64,000 bases of DNA from Polyangiaceae bacterium (GCA_033763455.1 JANRKO010000027.1:1-64000), one strand, 5' to 3'; counted from the stretch's first letter, positions 1 through 9,174 are shown. Made by a program: numbers and translations. The notes: generated from the sequence alone by a model not told the origin.

Positions 1-88
1 TCCACGAAGCATCCGCGGACAGGGATTCGCTCGCGCAGCGAGCATCAACGATGCGAGCCAGCGACCGACAGCCCTCCCTCGTCGCGAC

Positions 89-107
89 GCTCCGCCGAAG
101 GCGGAGC
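89..107 (-). terminator. GC-rich hairpin with C(UUCG)G-type loop just 3' of tRNA-Ser
   Basis: Perfect inverted repeat gctccgcc-gaa-ggcggagc, which reads GCTCCGCCTTCGGCGGAGC on the minus strand, 3 nt after the tRNA end. It has no U-tract, so terminator function is uncertain. Confidence 0.45.
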
Positions 108-110
108 TAG

Positions 111-198
111 CGGAGAGGGAGGGATTCGAACCCTCGGTAGGCTTTTGGCCTACGCCCGCTTAGCAAGCGGGTACCTTCGGCCACTCGGTCACCTCTCC
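111..198 (-). tRNA. tRNA-Ser (anticodon GCT), long variable arm, CCA not encoded
   Basis: The reverse complement folds as a cloverleaf: acceptor GGAGAGG/CCTCTCC, anticodon arm CCCGC-TTGCTAA-GCGGG, variable arm GTAGGC-CAAAA-GCCTAC, T-arm GAGGG-TTCGAAT-CCCTC, discriminator G. Confidence 0.97.
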
Positions 199-290
199 TG
201 GCCGGACTTGAGTTGAAGGGCCCGGAACGTAGCCGCGCGTACGGGGGCGTCAAGGCTTGGCTCAACAAATGGTAGCGTCCCAGGTTCCTC

Positions 291-1721
291 ATGCTCCTCA
301 CCGCCCCCCACCTACCCCGTCCGAGTCGCGCAGCCGTCGAAAAAGCCCTCAGTTTGCTCGATCGCAAGCTCGGCCCCTCCAAGGTGCTCACCGAGCGTAA
401 TTCGCTCGAGCCTTACGCCAACGACGACTCCGAGGGTGTTGGCTGCATGCCGGATGCCGTGGTGCTCGCAAAAACTCCGGCCGACATTCTCGCTGCGCTC
501 GCCGTCGCACGTGAAGCAGAGGTGCCCATCACCCCGCGTTCGGGCGGAACGGGTCGTACGGGCGGAGCAATTCCCGTGGCGGGCGGCATCGTGATCACGA
601 CGCTCGGGATGAATCAAATCAAGGACATGGATACCCGCGAGGGCATCGTGGTGGTGGAGCCTGGGATGGTGCTCGGAGATCTGCATCGAGCCGTCGAAGA
701 GGTTGGCTGGTTTTATCCACCAGATCCGAATTCATGGTCGAGCTGCGCCATTGGGGGCAATGTTGCCGAAAATGCCGCCGGGCCGCGCGCCTTCAAATAT
801 GGAGCAACGCGCAATTATGTGCTCGGGCTTGAGACATTCCTGATTGGCGGGGATAGCTTCTTTGCTGGCCGCCACACCGTAAAAGGTGTCACCGGCTACG
901 ACGTAACCGCGCTTTTGGTAGGCAGCGAAGGCACTCTAGCCATATTTGGCGACGTAACGTTGCGGCTCATCCCCAAATCCGAAAGCGTGATGACGCTCCT
1001 TGCCCTATTCCACGATGTGCACGCGGCGGGTCGTGCCGTGGAGGAACTCACGCAGCTGGGCATCATTCCTCGCTGTATTGAGCTTTTGGACGGCGGCACG
1101 CTGGAAGCCATGCGGGCGGCGGGCAACCCCATCAATTCTCAGGCTAACGCCATGCTGTTGATGGATGTGGACGGCACCGAATCCCAGTGCGAGCTGCAAG
1201 CAGAGAAGATCTCCGACGCGTGTGAGCTTGCAAGTGTCATTGAGCTTCTGGTAGCGCAAGATGCGGCTCAGCGGGAGCGTCTCTGGTCAGCGCGCCGCGA
1301 AATGAGCCTGGCCGTGCGCCGCCTAGCCAAACACAAGATCAGTGAAGATGTGGTCGTACCTCGCCGCCACATCGGCGAACTGTTGCGCCGCGTGGATGAT
1401 GCCGCCGAGAAGAATCGAGTGCGTTCGGTTACCTACGGCCATGCGGGTGACGGCAACCTGCACGTCAATTTCGTGTGGAACGACGACGATGAAGTGCCAC
1501 GCGTGCAAGCGTGTGTCGAAAAGCTGTTCCGGGATACGGTAGAGCTCCGGGGTACCCTGAGCGGCGAGCATGGCATCGGCATCGCTAAGGCTCCGTATTT
1601 AGCGCTCGAACAATCGAGTCCGCTCATTGCGCTGCAAGAGCGCCTCAAGCACTCCTTTGACCCCAAAGGTCTTTTGAACCCCGGGAAGATCTTCCCACAA
1701 AAATCGCACGTAGCCTGCTAG
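291..1721 (+). CDS. glcD: FAD-linked oxidase, GlcD / D-lactate dehydrogenase family
   Basis: PRSGGTGRTGGA FAD loop, YPPDPNS, GGNVAENAAG, GSEGTL, GHAGDGNLH, SGEHGIG and C-terminal LLNPGKIF. Substrate not determined. Confidence 0.85.
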   Translation: MLLTAPHLPRPSRAAVEKALSLLDRKLGPSKVLTERNSLEPYANDDSEGVGCMPDAVVLAKTPADILAALAVAREAEVPITPRSGGTGRTGGAIPVAGGIVITTLGMNQIKDMDTREGIVVVEPGMVLGDLHRAVEEVGWFYPPDPNSWSSCAIGGNVAENAAGPRAFKYGATRNYVLGLETFLIGGDSFFAGRHTVKGVTGYDVTALLVGSEGTLAIFGDVTLRLIPKSESVMTLLALFHDVHAAGRAVEELTQLGIIPRCIELLDGGTLEAMRAAGNPINSQANAMLLMDVDGTESQCELQAEKISDACELASVIELLVAQDAAQRERLWSARREMSLAVRRLAKHKISEDVVVPRRHIGELLRRVDDAAEKNRVRSVTYGHAGDGNLHVNFVWNDDDEVPRVQACVEKLFRDTVELRGTLSGEHGIGIAKAPYLALEQSSPLIALQERLKHSFDPKGLLNPGKIFPQKSHVAC

Positions 1722-1731
1722 AGCTAGCGTG

Positions 1732-1828
1732 CTAGCCTGCGCAAAATGTCTTTACGGGTGGTGCTAGCCCGCCCGGAAGATCTTTGCGGGTACTCCTAGC
1801 TCGCGCGAAAGATTTCCTTACGGTAGTG
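1732..1828. repeat. Three degenerate 32-33 bp tandem units; the third is the 3' end of orn
   Basis: Units ctagcctgcgcaaaatgtctttacgggtggtg (1732), ctagcccgcccggaagatctttgcgggtactc (1764) and ctagctcgcgcgaaagatttccttacggtagtg (1796). Units 1 and 2 match at 22/32 positions by hand count. Confidence 0.45.
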
Positions 1829-2359
1829 CTTCAGCTCCGCAATGGAGTTTCGAATATCCACAATGGCGTCGTGCTCGCCTGCTTTCGGCTTTTCGTACAC
1901 AGCTTCTTCGCCGTACCAGAGCTTAGCGAGCACCTTGACGGAAGATACGTCCACCACGCGGTAATGAAGGAACCCGTTCAGGCCGGGCATCCACGCCTCT
2001 ATGAAGCGCTTATCCATACCAATCGTGTTGCCGCACAGTGTGGCAGGGTACGTGCACCAGCCGCTCACACGCTCTAGCAACAGGCGCTCAGCAGCTCTCG
2101 CGTCCAAGGTTGATGCGCGCACTCTATCAAGCAGGCCGTTCTTCTGGTGCATGTTGCGCACGAAGGGCACCATCTTGGCGAGATGCTCTTCCGGCTGCCA
2201 GATGTCGCAGCTAAATTCCTCGATAATTTCGAGCTCTGAGTTAGTGATGATCAGCGCCGCTTGCAGTATCACGTCGCGCGCTGGCTCCAGCCCCGTCATC
2301 TCAAGATCCAGCCAGGCAAGGTTTGTGGGGTTGGGGGTGCGCGTGAGCTTGGGGGCCAT
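1796..2359 (-). CDS. orn: Oligoribonuclease (DEDDh exonuclease)
   Basis: WLDLEMTGL, LCGNTIGMDKRF, HYRVVDVSS and H-x-A-x-x-DIRNSIAELKHYR motifs; 187 aa. Confidence 0.93.
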   Translation of the reverse strand: MAPKLTRTPNPTNLAWLDLEMTGLEPARDVILQAALIITNSELEIIEEFSCDIWQPEEHLAKMVPFVRNMHQKNGLLDRVRASTLDARAAERLLLERVSGWCTYPATLCGNTIGMDKRFIEAWMPGLNGFLHYRVVDVSSVKVLAKLWYGEEAVYEKPKAGEHDAIVDIRNSIAELKHYRKEIFRAS

Positions 2360-2449
2360 CTGAAGTGAATAGACGATGCCTTACGCTTAGGCCAGATCTG
2401 TTGTCGACGTTGCGAGCCGGCTTCGTTTTCTCGGGCCACTCTGGCTCAT

Positions 2450-3970
2450 CTAACCGAGATCGGCGATAACTTGCTTGGCCGCGTTGTAGCCGCACATGCC
2501 GTGCACTCCCGTGCCCGGGTGCGCCGAACTCGAAGCGAGGTACACCCGAGGCACCGGCATCCGGTAGCGAAAGTAGGGGAAAAAAGGCCGAAAGAAGAGC
2601 TGTTGCTGAGCGGCAGCCGAACCTCCGCCAAGATCGCCCCCTACGAGGTTGGTGTTTTGGGCCGCGAGGTCCTCGGGGGACCTTACGGCACGGGCTTTGA
2701 CGCTGGCACGAAACCCGGGAGCCAACGCTTCAATCCGTGCCTCCACGCTGTCTGCGAAGCGCTCCTTCGCGTCGCTCCAACCGCCGGGGAGTGTCGATGG
2801 AACGTGCGTGTAGCAATACAGCGTATGTTGGTTGGCCGGCGCACGCAGCGGATCGATGAGGCTCTGTTGGCCGAGTACCAAATACGGATTGGTGGGGAGC
2901 CTACCGCTCTGCACTTCGTGGGTGAAGCGCTCTAGATCTTCCAGGCTTTCTCCGGTGTGCACCACAGCACTCTGCCGTGCCGGTTCCGTGAGCCACGGTA
3001 CGGGGCTTACCAAAGCAAAATCTAACTTGAACGTTCCCCAACCGTGCCGAAAACGCCGCGCCTTCCTGAGAACACTGCCCGAAAGGCTCCCGCTTTGGAT
3101 CAACTCCAGCAAAAGGCTCTTAACGCCCGTGGCAGCCACCACGGCTCGGAGCGGGCCAACCTCTAAACCGCTCGCTGTTGAAATGCCCACAGCACGGCCG
3201 TTCTTCACGTGAATTTTTCGCACTTTTTCGCCCAATTGGATGCGCCCGCCGTGGCGTTCCAGAAGTGTTACTAGGGCGTTCGTGATGACTTTGGCGCCTC
3301 CCACCGGAACTGCAAAGCCACCTGTGGTGGCATTGGCTGCCAAGAGAAACCCAAGCGCAGCTCCGAACGGATCGCTCGGCCCCACATCAGCGTGTAGAGC
3401 TAGCGCTGGCAACACACGGCGAGCAGCCTCGCTTTCAAAATATTTATGCGCTAGCGATTTGCCGCTTCTTGCTAACAACCAGCCTAGCCAAAGAGCGTTA
3501 GATATCCCCAGCCGCTTCCAGGCACCGAGTTGTAACACTGGGCCAAGCAGCGCTGGCAAAAGTTGCGCCTCCATCCCAGCATAGGCTTCGCTGAGGCGGC
3601 TCCACGCCGAGGTATCGCGCGGAGAGCCGAAATGCGCCGCCTCACCGACTGCACGTCGACTCAAGCTCGCGTAGCTGCCATCGAGCGCAACGTGGCAGCT
3701 TTCAAGGGGCGCCCATGCCCAAGATACCCCAAGCCGCTCCAAGCCCAGCTCGCGAAAGGCGGGGCTCGATTTGCCAAACGGGAAAAATGCGGGCCCCGTG
3801 TCGTGTTGGAACCCGGGCAGCGTGAGCTCCTCGGTACCCATGGCCCCACCCGGGCGTAGCGGATTCTCGTCGAGCACCAACACCTGAAAGCCCGCCCGCG
3901 CCAAGGTGACCGCCGCCACCAAGCCATTCGGGCCCGAGCCGATCACGACGACGTCCGGAGCCCAAGCCAT
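2450..3970 (-). CDS. Phytoene desaturase-family NAD(P)/FAD-dependent oxidoreductase
   Basis: Rossmann motif VVVIGSGPNGLVAA, TLPGFQHD and C-terminal YLASSSAHPGTGVHGMCGYNAA. Start moved to ATG 3970 (MAWAPDVVV). Confidence 0.85.
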   Translation of the reverse strand: MAWAPDVVVIGSGPNGLVAAVTLARAGFQVLVLDENPLRPGGAMGTEELTLPGFQHDTGPAFFPFGKSSPAFRELGLERLGVSWAWAPLESCHVALDGSYASLSRRAVGEAAHFGSPRDTSAWSRLSEAYAGMEAQLLPALLGPVLQLGAWKRLGISNALWLGWLLARSGKSLAHKYFESEAARRVLPALALHADVGPSDPFGAALGFLLAANATTGGFAVPVGGAKVITNALVTLLERHGGRIQLGEKVRKIHVKNGRAVGISTASGLEVGPLRAVVAATGVKSLLLELIQSGSLSGSVLRKARRFRHGWGTFKLDFALVSPVPWLTEPARQSAVVHTGESLEDLERFTHEVQSGRLPTNPYLVLGQQSLIDPLRAPANQHTLYCYTHVPSTLPGGWSDAKERFADSVEARIEALAPGFRASVKARAVRSPEDLAAQNTNLVGGDLGGGSAAAQQQLFFRPFFPYFRYRMPVPRVYLASSSAHPGTGVHGMCGYNAAKQVIADLG

Positions 3971-4112
3971 TGCCGAAGGAGAGTACACGCTGCGCAATGT
4001 CGCGCAAAGGCACGCCCCAAAACGCCGCCCCAGACCCAGGCCCCTCGCCATTGATCCCGCTAGAAGGCTCATGCAGCTTTCCATGTGCGGCGCAGCCTGG
4101 TAACACTACTCT

Positions 4113-4715
4113 GTGATCACCGTTGGCATCGATCCTGGAACACGCAAGCTCGGCTGGGGCGTAGTACGGCGGGATGGCGCGCGGCTCATTCACGTAGCGC
4201 ACGGCGTGATCCGAATGAATGAAAAGGCTGCGCTCGAAAATCGCCTGCAACAACTAGCGAGTGAGCTCAATGAAGTACTGAGCGATCATCAACCCAACGT
4301 GGGCTCCGTTGAAACCCTCTTCTTTTTCAAGGATGCGCAGGCGGCCGCCAAGCTTGGGCATGCACGCGGTGTCGTGCTCTTGTGCTTGGCCCAGCAAGGC
4401 GTAGACGTCGCGGAGTATGCTCCCGCCAAAGTAAAACGCACCATCGCCGGCAGCGGTCAGGCGGAAAAGATTCAGGTGGCGCGCATCATTAAAGCGCTGC
4501 TCGGTTTGGAGCAGCTACCGGCTCCTGACGCTGCAGATGCACTGGCACTCGCCGTAACGCACCTCCGGATCTCGCCCTTCGTGGAGGCGCTAGCGAGCCG
4601 CACACCCACCGAAAGAGCGGCCCTTTCGGCCCTCTTGGTAGCAAAAAGACGGCAACGGGGCCGGGCGGGCTCCCCTGCCAGCGCCAATCGCGCGAAAATC
4701 GGCACCCGCGTGTGA
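4113..4715 (+). CDS. ruvC: Crossover junction endodeoxyribonuclease RuvC
   Basis: GIDPG, VETLFF, LGHARGV, EYAPAKVK and DAADALALA motifs; basic C-terminal extension. Confidence 0.95.
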   Translation: MITVGIDPGTRKLGWGVVRRDGARLIHVAHGVIRMNEKAALENRLQQLASELNEVLSDHQPNVGSVETLFFFKDAQAAAKLGHARGVVLLCLAQQGVDVAEYAPAKVKRTIAGSGQAEKIQVARIIKALLGLEQLPAPDAADALALAVTHLRISPFVEALASRTPTERAALSALLVAKRRQRGRAGSPASANRAKIGTRV

Positions 4716-4778
4716 CTCACCCCTCAATTTGCTGAGTCCATAATGCCTGGGGGAGTGCCTGTTCCGCGCGCCCACCAG

Positions 4779-4798
4779 ATACTTAGCATGACAAGTAT
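4779..4798. repeat. Dispersed palindrome copy 1 (ATACTTAGCATGACAAGTAT), inverted relative to the copies at 7957 and 8059
   Basis: Near-perfect palindrome between ruvC and lolA. The flanking TTCCGC upstream and TCGGCTATT downstream also occur in the reverse complement of the 7912-8007 unit. Confidence 0.75.
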
Positions 4799-4939
4799 AT
4801 CTGAACGCATGAGGTGGCACCCGGCGGCTAATCTTTATTTCGGCTATTCGCCCTGACTTCCCCTCCCGCCGCTCGTCCGAGCCCCGCGTGGCATCTTTGG
4901 GTAGCTTTTGGGCCAAAACGGCGTAAGCCCAAGGTCACT

Positions 4940-5599
4940 ATGGATCGTCGCTCGTTCAACCTCCTGCTCGGCTCCGCCACGGGCCTCTTATTCTTGTCGC
5001 CCACGTTTGCGTTCGCGGCTCCCACGGCCGATCAAATAGCGGACGAAGTTCAGAAGTATTACGACAAGACTAAAACCTTCAAGGCCGCTTTCAAACAGCG
5101 CTACGAAATGAAGTTTCCCAATAAGGTGAAGGAATCCGACGGCAAGGTGGTGTTCCAGAAGCCCGGCAAAATGAGCTGGCGCTACACCAACGGCAACCGT
5201 GTAGTTTCCGACGGCAAGCTCATCCGTGTTTACGAAAAAGAGAGCAAGCAAATGTACGAGCAGCCGATGAACAAGAGCTACTACCCAGCAGCTCTCTCAT
5301 TTTTGATCGGCGGTGGCAGCCTGAAGAAAACGTTTGATCTGAAGCAGCTGGATGCCGAAAAGATGAAGTTCAAAGGCGGCTACGTGCTGCTGGGTGAGCC
5401 GAAAGAGCCCACGCCCGCCTACCAAAACGTGCTTCTCTACGTCGATGCTAAGACGTTTCAGGTGCGGCGCATCCTTTTGCTTGATGCACAGGGTAATCGA
5501 AATCGATTTGATTTTCTGACCCCTGCGGTGAACGCCAAAGTACTGCCGATGGAATTCTCGTATCAAGCGCCTCCGGGTACGAAGGTCATCCGGCCGTAG
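4940..5599 (+). CDS. lolA: Outer-membrane lipoprotein carrier protein LolA
   Basis: Signal peptide ending AFA|A, then FKAAFKQ, GKVVFQKPGKMSWRY, VVSDGK and C-terminal FSYQAPPGTKVI, all typical of LolA. Confidence 0.88.
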   Translation: MDRRSFNLLLGSATGLLFLSPTFAFAAPTADQIADEVQKYYDKTKTFKAAFKQRYEMKFPNKVKESDGKVVFQKPGKMSWRYTNGNRVVSDGKLIRVYEKESKQMYEQPMNKSYYPAALSFLIGGGSLKKTFDLKQLDAEKMKFKGGYVLLGEPKEPTPAYQNVLLYVDAKTFQVRRILLLDAQGNRNRFDFLTPAVNAKVLPMEFSYQAPPGTKVIRP

Positions 5600-5745
5600 T
5601 GGGCCGCCCAGAGCGGGCGCCTATTCTCCCTCCTCTGCCAAAGCTGAGCGCTTGTCTCGGCGCGGTGACTAATGCACCCAGGAGCTTCCGAAACACGTGC
5701 AGGCATTGCCAACGCAAGCAACGTGCTTCAACCTGGCGCTCACGC

Positions 5746-7845
5746 ATGAGCATTGTCATCCACGCAAATCCACTCGGTAATGATCGCAACACTGGCCATT
5801 CAACGGACGTTGATGCTGCTGACTACCGAGGGCCCGTGCGCTCCATCGGTGCGGCATTTCACAAGATACGCGTAGCGCGCAGCGCCCAACGGAATGCTGG
5901 CTTACCGCCCGCGCCAGCCACTATTTTACTGGCGGAAGGCACCTACCCGATCACCCAGAAGCTTTCGCTCAATGCGCCGAGTGCGAGCAACATCACCGTG
6001 CAAGCGGCGACCCAGGGCACAGCGTTTATTGACGCCGGCACCCGCGTGCGCGGCTTCTCGAAAACTAAGTTCTTCGGCCGCGACGTGTACGTTGCCGACG
6101 TTGCCATACTTCTAAAACACGCTGGCACTTTTAGGCAGCTTTTCGTCAACGGGCAGCGGCGCCAAGTCGCAAGAACCGAAGAACTTGAGATGGTGGGCCT
6201 CTCTGAATCGCACACACTCAACGGCACTCAAGTCTATGGGGTAAAGCTCAAGCCGGGCCGCTTGCCAAAGCTTTCCCAAGCCCACACGGCAGACGCCATT
6301 ATTCCTAACCTTTTTTCTGCTAACCGCATCGCCGTGGAGCAATACCATGCCGAGGAAGCGCTTCTGATTCTCACCCGTCCGATCGAGAAAAGCCGCCTTT
6401 CCACTGAGTTTTTGCAGCCCTTCTTGTGGCTAGAGCATGTGCTCGAGGAGCTCAAGGCGCCTGGAGATTGGTGCTGCGATAGGGAGGCGGGCAAGCTTTA
6501 TTACCTTCCGCTCCCGGGTGAAGATCCGAACCACGCGGATGTGGTGGTGACAACTTTGCCCACCTTACTCACAGCCAACGGAACGAGTGAACACCCCTTG
6601 GAGTCACTCCGATTCAGCGGCGTTGGGTTTCGCTACGCCAACTGGGAGCCAGTGCACAAAACTGCCCAGAGTGACCCGTACGTGCCGCCCACCATTGAGC
6701 TCACACACGCTCGCTTCTGTGGATTTTGGGATTGCACCTTCGAACACTTTGGGAATTACGCCGTAAAGTTCGGAGAGGGCAGCAAGCATTGCTCGGCGGT
6801 GGGCTGCACGTTTTCGGATATCGGCGGCGGTGGCGTCATCTTAGACGGGGGCCGAGTTGACTCTCCATCCGTAACCTGGAGCGAGGGGCACCGCATTACC
6901 GACAACGAGTTTTCTGCACTGGGGCGGATTTTCATCGCATCCAGTGCCATCTTGGCCATGCACGCCGCGCGCAACCGCATCACGCACAATCGCATTTCTG
7001 ACCTCTATTACACCGCCATTTCAGTGGGTTGGACGTGGGGCTTCACCCCGCAAGTGACGGCCGATAATCGCATTGAGCACAACCATATCTTCAACTTAGG
7101 CCAGGGTGTTTTGAGTGATTTGGCTGGAATATACACGTTGGGGGTGCAACCCGGCACGACGATTCGCCACAACTTAATTCACGACGTTGCCCGGAGAAAC
7201 TACGGCGGCTTTGGCATCAACCTCGATGAAGGCTCCAGCCACATCGTGATTGAGCACAATATTATCTACAACATTTCAAGCCAGTGTCTGCACCAGCACT
7301 TTGGGCGCGAAAATTCCATCCGCTACAACCTCTTCGCTTACGGCGGCGAAGGCCTTATCGCGCTCTCCCGTGGAAACCGCATGAATTGGCCCGAGAAGGG
7401 CGGCTTTGACGACGGCTCCATCACCAACGCCTTCTCCTTCCACAACAACATCCTGCTCTCGGCCGGCCAAGGCATGTTCATCGGAGGCCTCGGAGATGAA
7501 AGCGGGAGCATGGCGCACCCAGATTTCATCTCGGACCACAACCTCTACTGGGACGAAAAGGGAACACCCTTCTTCGGAGACGGCGTGCACGGAGCCGGTG
7601 GCCGCGAAACTATGACGCTCTTGCTGGAGCTTCCGAAGTGGCAAGCCCTCGGGCGAGATACCTTCGGCCATGTGCAAAATCCGCACTTCCGCGACGCAAA
7701 GTCCGGCGATTTCGCACTCGCTGACGGCACCCAGCTACCGCCGGGGCTCCGTGTGCCAAGCCTGAAAGTGGGCCCAAGGCCGCCCGAAGAGCGCCGCCTG
7801 GATGAAAAGGAGCCCGTGTTGGTGGCTCGCTTCGCTTACGGGTGA
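5746..7845 (+). CDS. Right-handed parallel beta-helix protein (GH141-like carbohydrate-active enzyme)
   Basis: FRQLFVNGQR, LEELKAPGDWCCD...KLYY, repeated Asn-ladder units (ITHNRISD, IEHNHIFN, IRHNLIHD, IEHNIIYN), YTAISVGWTWG, IYTLGVQPGT and LDEGSS. Start set at ATG 5746. Confidence 0.75.
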   Translation: MSIVIHANPLGNDRNTGHSTDVDAADYRGPVRSIGAAFHKIRVARSAQRNAGLPPAPATILLAEGTYPITQKLSLNAPSASNITVQAATQGTAFIDAGTRVRGFSKTKFFGRDVYVADVAILLKHAGTFRQLFVNGQRRQVARTEELEMVGLSESHTLNGTQVYGVKLKPGRLPKLSQAHTADAIIPNLFSANRIAVEQYHAEEALLILTRPIEKSRLSTEFLQPFLWLEHVLEELKAPGDWCCDREAGKLYYLPLPGEDPNHADVVVTTLPTLLTANGTSEHPLESLRFSGVGFRYANWEPVHKTAQSDPYVPPTIELTHARFCGFWDCTFEHFGNYAVKFGEGSKHCSAVGCTFSDIGGGGVILDGGRVDSPSVTWSEGHRITDNEFSALGRIFIASSAILAMHAARNRITHNRISDLYYTAISVGWTWGFTPQVTADNRIEHNHIFNLGQGVLSDLAGIYTLGVQPGTTIRHNLIHDVARRNYGGFGINLDEGSSHIVIEHNIIYNISSQCLHQHFGRENSIRYNLFAYGGEGLIALSRGNRMNWPEKGGFDDGSITNAFSFHNNILLSAGQGMFIGGLGDESGSMAHPDFISDHNLYWDEKGTPFFGDGVHGAGGRETMTLLLELPKWQALGRDTFGHVQNPHFRDAKSGDFALADGTQLPPGLRVPSLKVGPRPPEERRLDEKEPVLVARFAYG

Positions 7846-7911
7846 GGCACCAGGTTGATAACCTGAAGCGATCTGGCGGGCCAAGACGAGCCCTGGGCCC
7901 ACTACTCCGAA

Positions 7912-8108
7912 TTTCCCCAATAGCCGACGCGACCCTTATTCGCCTTCACATGAAGTACTTGTCATGCCAAGTACCTCTCACAGCGGAAACAATGCCTCCA
8001 CCTCACCTCGCTTTCCCACCAATAGCGGACTCACCCGCTATTCGCCTTCGCAAGAAGTACTTGTCATGCCAAGTACCTCTCGTAGCGGAAAAATACCTCC
8101 ACCTCACC
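7912..8108. repeat. Two ~100-bp direct repeat units, each with the palindrome GTACTTGTCATGCCAAGTAC (cores 7957-7972 and 8059-8074)
   Basis: Both units share caatagc-gac...tattcgccttc...gaagtacttgtcatgccaagtacctctc..agcggaaa.aat.cctccacctcacc, with a period of 102 bp between cores. They lie between convergent genes. Confidence 0.9.
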
Positions 8109-8148
8109 CGTCAGGAATGCAGGTCAAGGATCAAGAAATCGGGCCGTC

Positions 8149-9174
8149 CTACCCCAACCGTACGGGAGCCTTCGGGAATGCCACCTTGCGCGCCAGGAGA
8201 TCTTGAACGGTATCGCGCAACGTTTCTCCGGGGTCGCGCGCCGCCCAGCTTAGCTCTCGCTGAGCCTTTTCAGAGCTGCAGTACCAGTAATATTGGCCCA
8301 TCTCCACGCTTTCTTCGGACACGGGGGGCTCTCCGCCGAGCTTGCGCAAAGCGTTGGAATAAAGCTTGTTGATGCCAAGTGCGAGAGGCCGAGAACGCGG
8401 CAAAAATAGACGCGGGCCTTTGATGCCTGTGAGTCGCTCTAGGCGCTGAAAAAACGCGGCTATGGTGAGATTCTTGCCGTTCAAGAGGTAGCGCTCACCC
8501 GCGCGACCGCGCTCGAACGCCGCGAGCATGCCGAGCGCTGCGTCGCGCACATCAACAAAGGCGATACCACCTCGTGGCACAGCCAAGATCGATTGCTCCA
8601 AGAATTGACGCACATCGCGTGTCGAAGATTCGCGAAGATCTCCGGGGCCCAGCAACAGGCTTGGATTCACGAGCACCACTTCGAACTCGGGTGGGCGGTT
8701 GAATTCCAGCGCTGCGTGCTCGGCGTAGAGCTTGCTCCGGTAGTAGGGCCAGCTGGCCAGCAATTCGAGCGGGGCGTTGTCGTGCTCGGTGAAGACGCGC
8801 TCCGGCTCCTTGCCGACGGCAATGGTGCCACTGGTGCTCGCCACGACCACACGCCGTACACCCGCCGCCTTAAGCCCTGCGAGGGCAGAGCGCGTGGCGG
8901 TCACGTGAGCCCGGTGCAGCTCTTCACCCGCATCCTTTTCGCGACTCACCTTGCCAGTGACCAAAAAAGCCCCGTCGCAGCCGCGCGCACTCTCGGTAAC
9001 CGCCGCTTGGTCCAAAACATCTACGGCCTGCACTTCCACGCCGTGTGCGGTACCGCCACTTCGAGAAACAGCCACAACGCCTTCTCCGCCCTCAATGAGA
9101 GCGCGGAGAACGTGGGAGCCGAGAAAACCTGTAGCGCCGCCAACCCAAAAGCGCCTCTTTTGCGCCTGACTCAT
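8149..9174 (-). CDS. NAD-dependent epimerase/dehydratase (extended SDR), ElbE-like last gene of an ether-lipid-type operon
   Basis: GGATGFLG Rossmann motif, STSGT, YYRSK (YxxxK), VDVRDAA and GERYLL. Overlaps the upstream gene stop by 4 nt. Confidence 0.88.
   Translation of the reverse strand: MSQAQKRRFWVGGATGFLGSHVLRALIEGGEGVVAVSRSGGTAHGVEVQAVDVLDQAAVTESARGCDGAFLVTGKVSREKDAGEELHRAHVTATRSALAGLKAAGVRRVVVASTSGTIAVGKEPERVFTEHDNAPLELLASWPYYRSKLYAEHAALEFNRPPEFEVVLVNPSLLLGPGDLRESSTRDVRQFLEQSILAVPRGGIAFVDVRDAALGMLAAFERGRAGERYLLNGKNLTIAAFFQRLERLTGIKGPRLFLPRSRPLALGINKLYSNALRKLGGEPPVSEESVEMGQYYWYCSSEKAQRELSWAARDPGETLRDTVQDLLARKVAFPKAPVRLG

Noticed and set aside
107..391. 94-aa minus-strand ORF
   Set aside because: It overlaps tRNA-Ser and the glcD start; it is a translation of the tRNA.
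4113..4715. ruvC without ruvAB, xseA without xseB, RND pump without an outer-membrane factor
   Set aside because: Split operons are common and the partners may lie elsewhere in the genome; this cannot be judged from one window.
4779..7974. Composite mobile element bounded by inverted palindrome copies
   Set aside because: It would include the core gene lolA; no transposase or target-site duplication is visible.
7912..8108. Possible CRISPR array
   Set aside because: Only two units, the sequences between the palindromes are homologous rather than unique spacers, the period is 102 bp, and no cas genes are present.
7842..8372. 176-aa ORF with a repeated KYLSCQVPL peptide
   Set aside because: The peptide repeat is just the DNA repeat translated, and the ORF runs antisense into the SDR gene.
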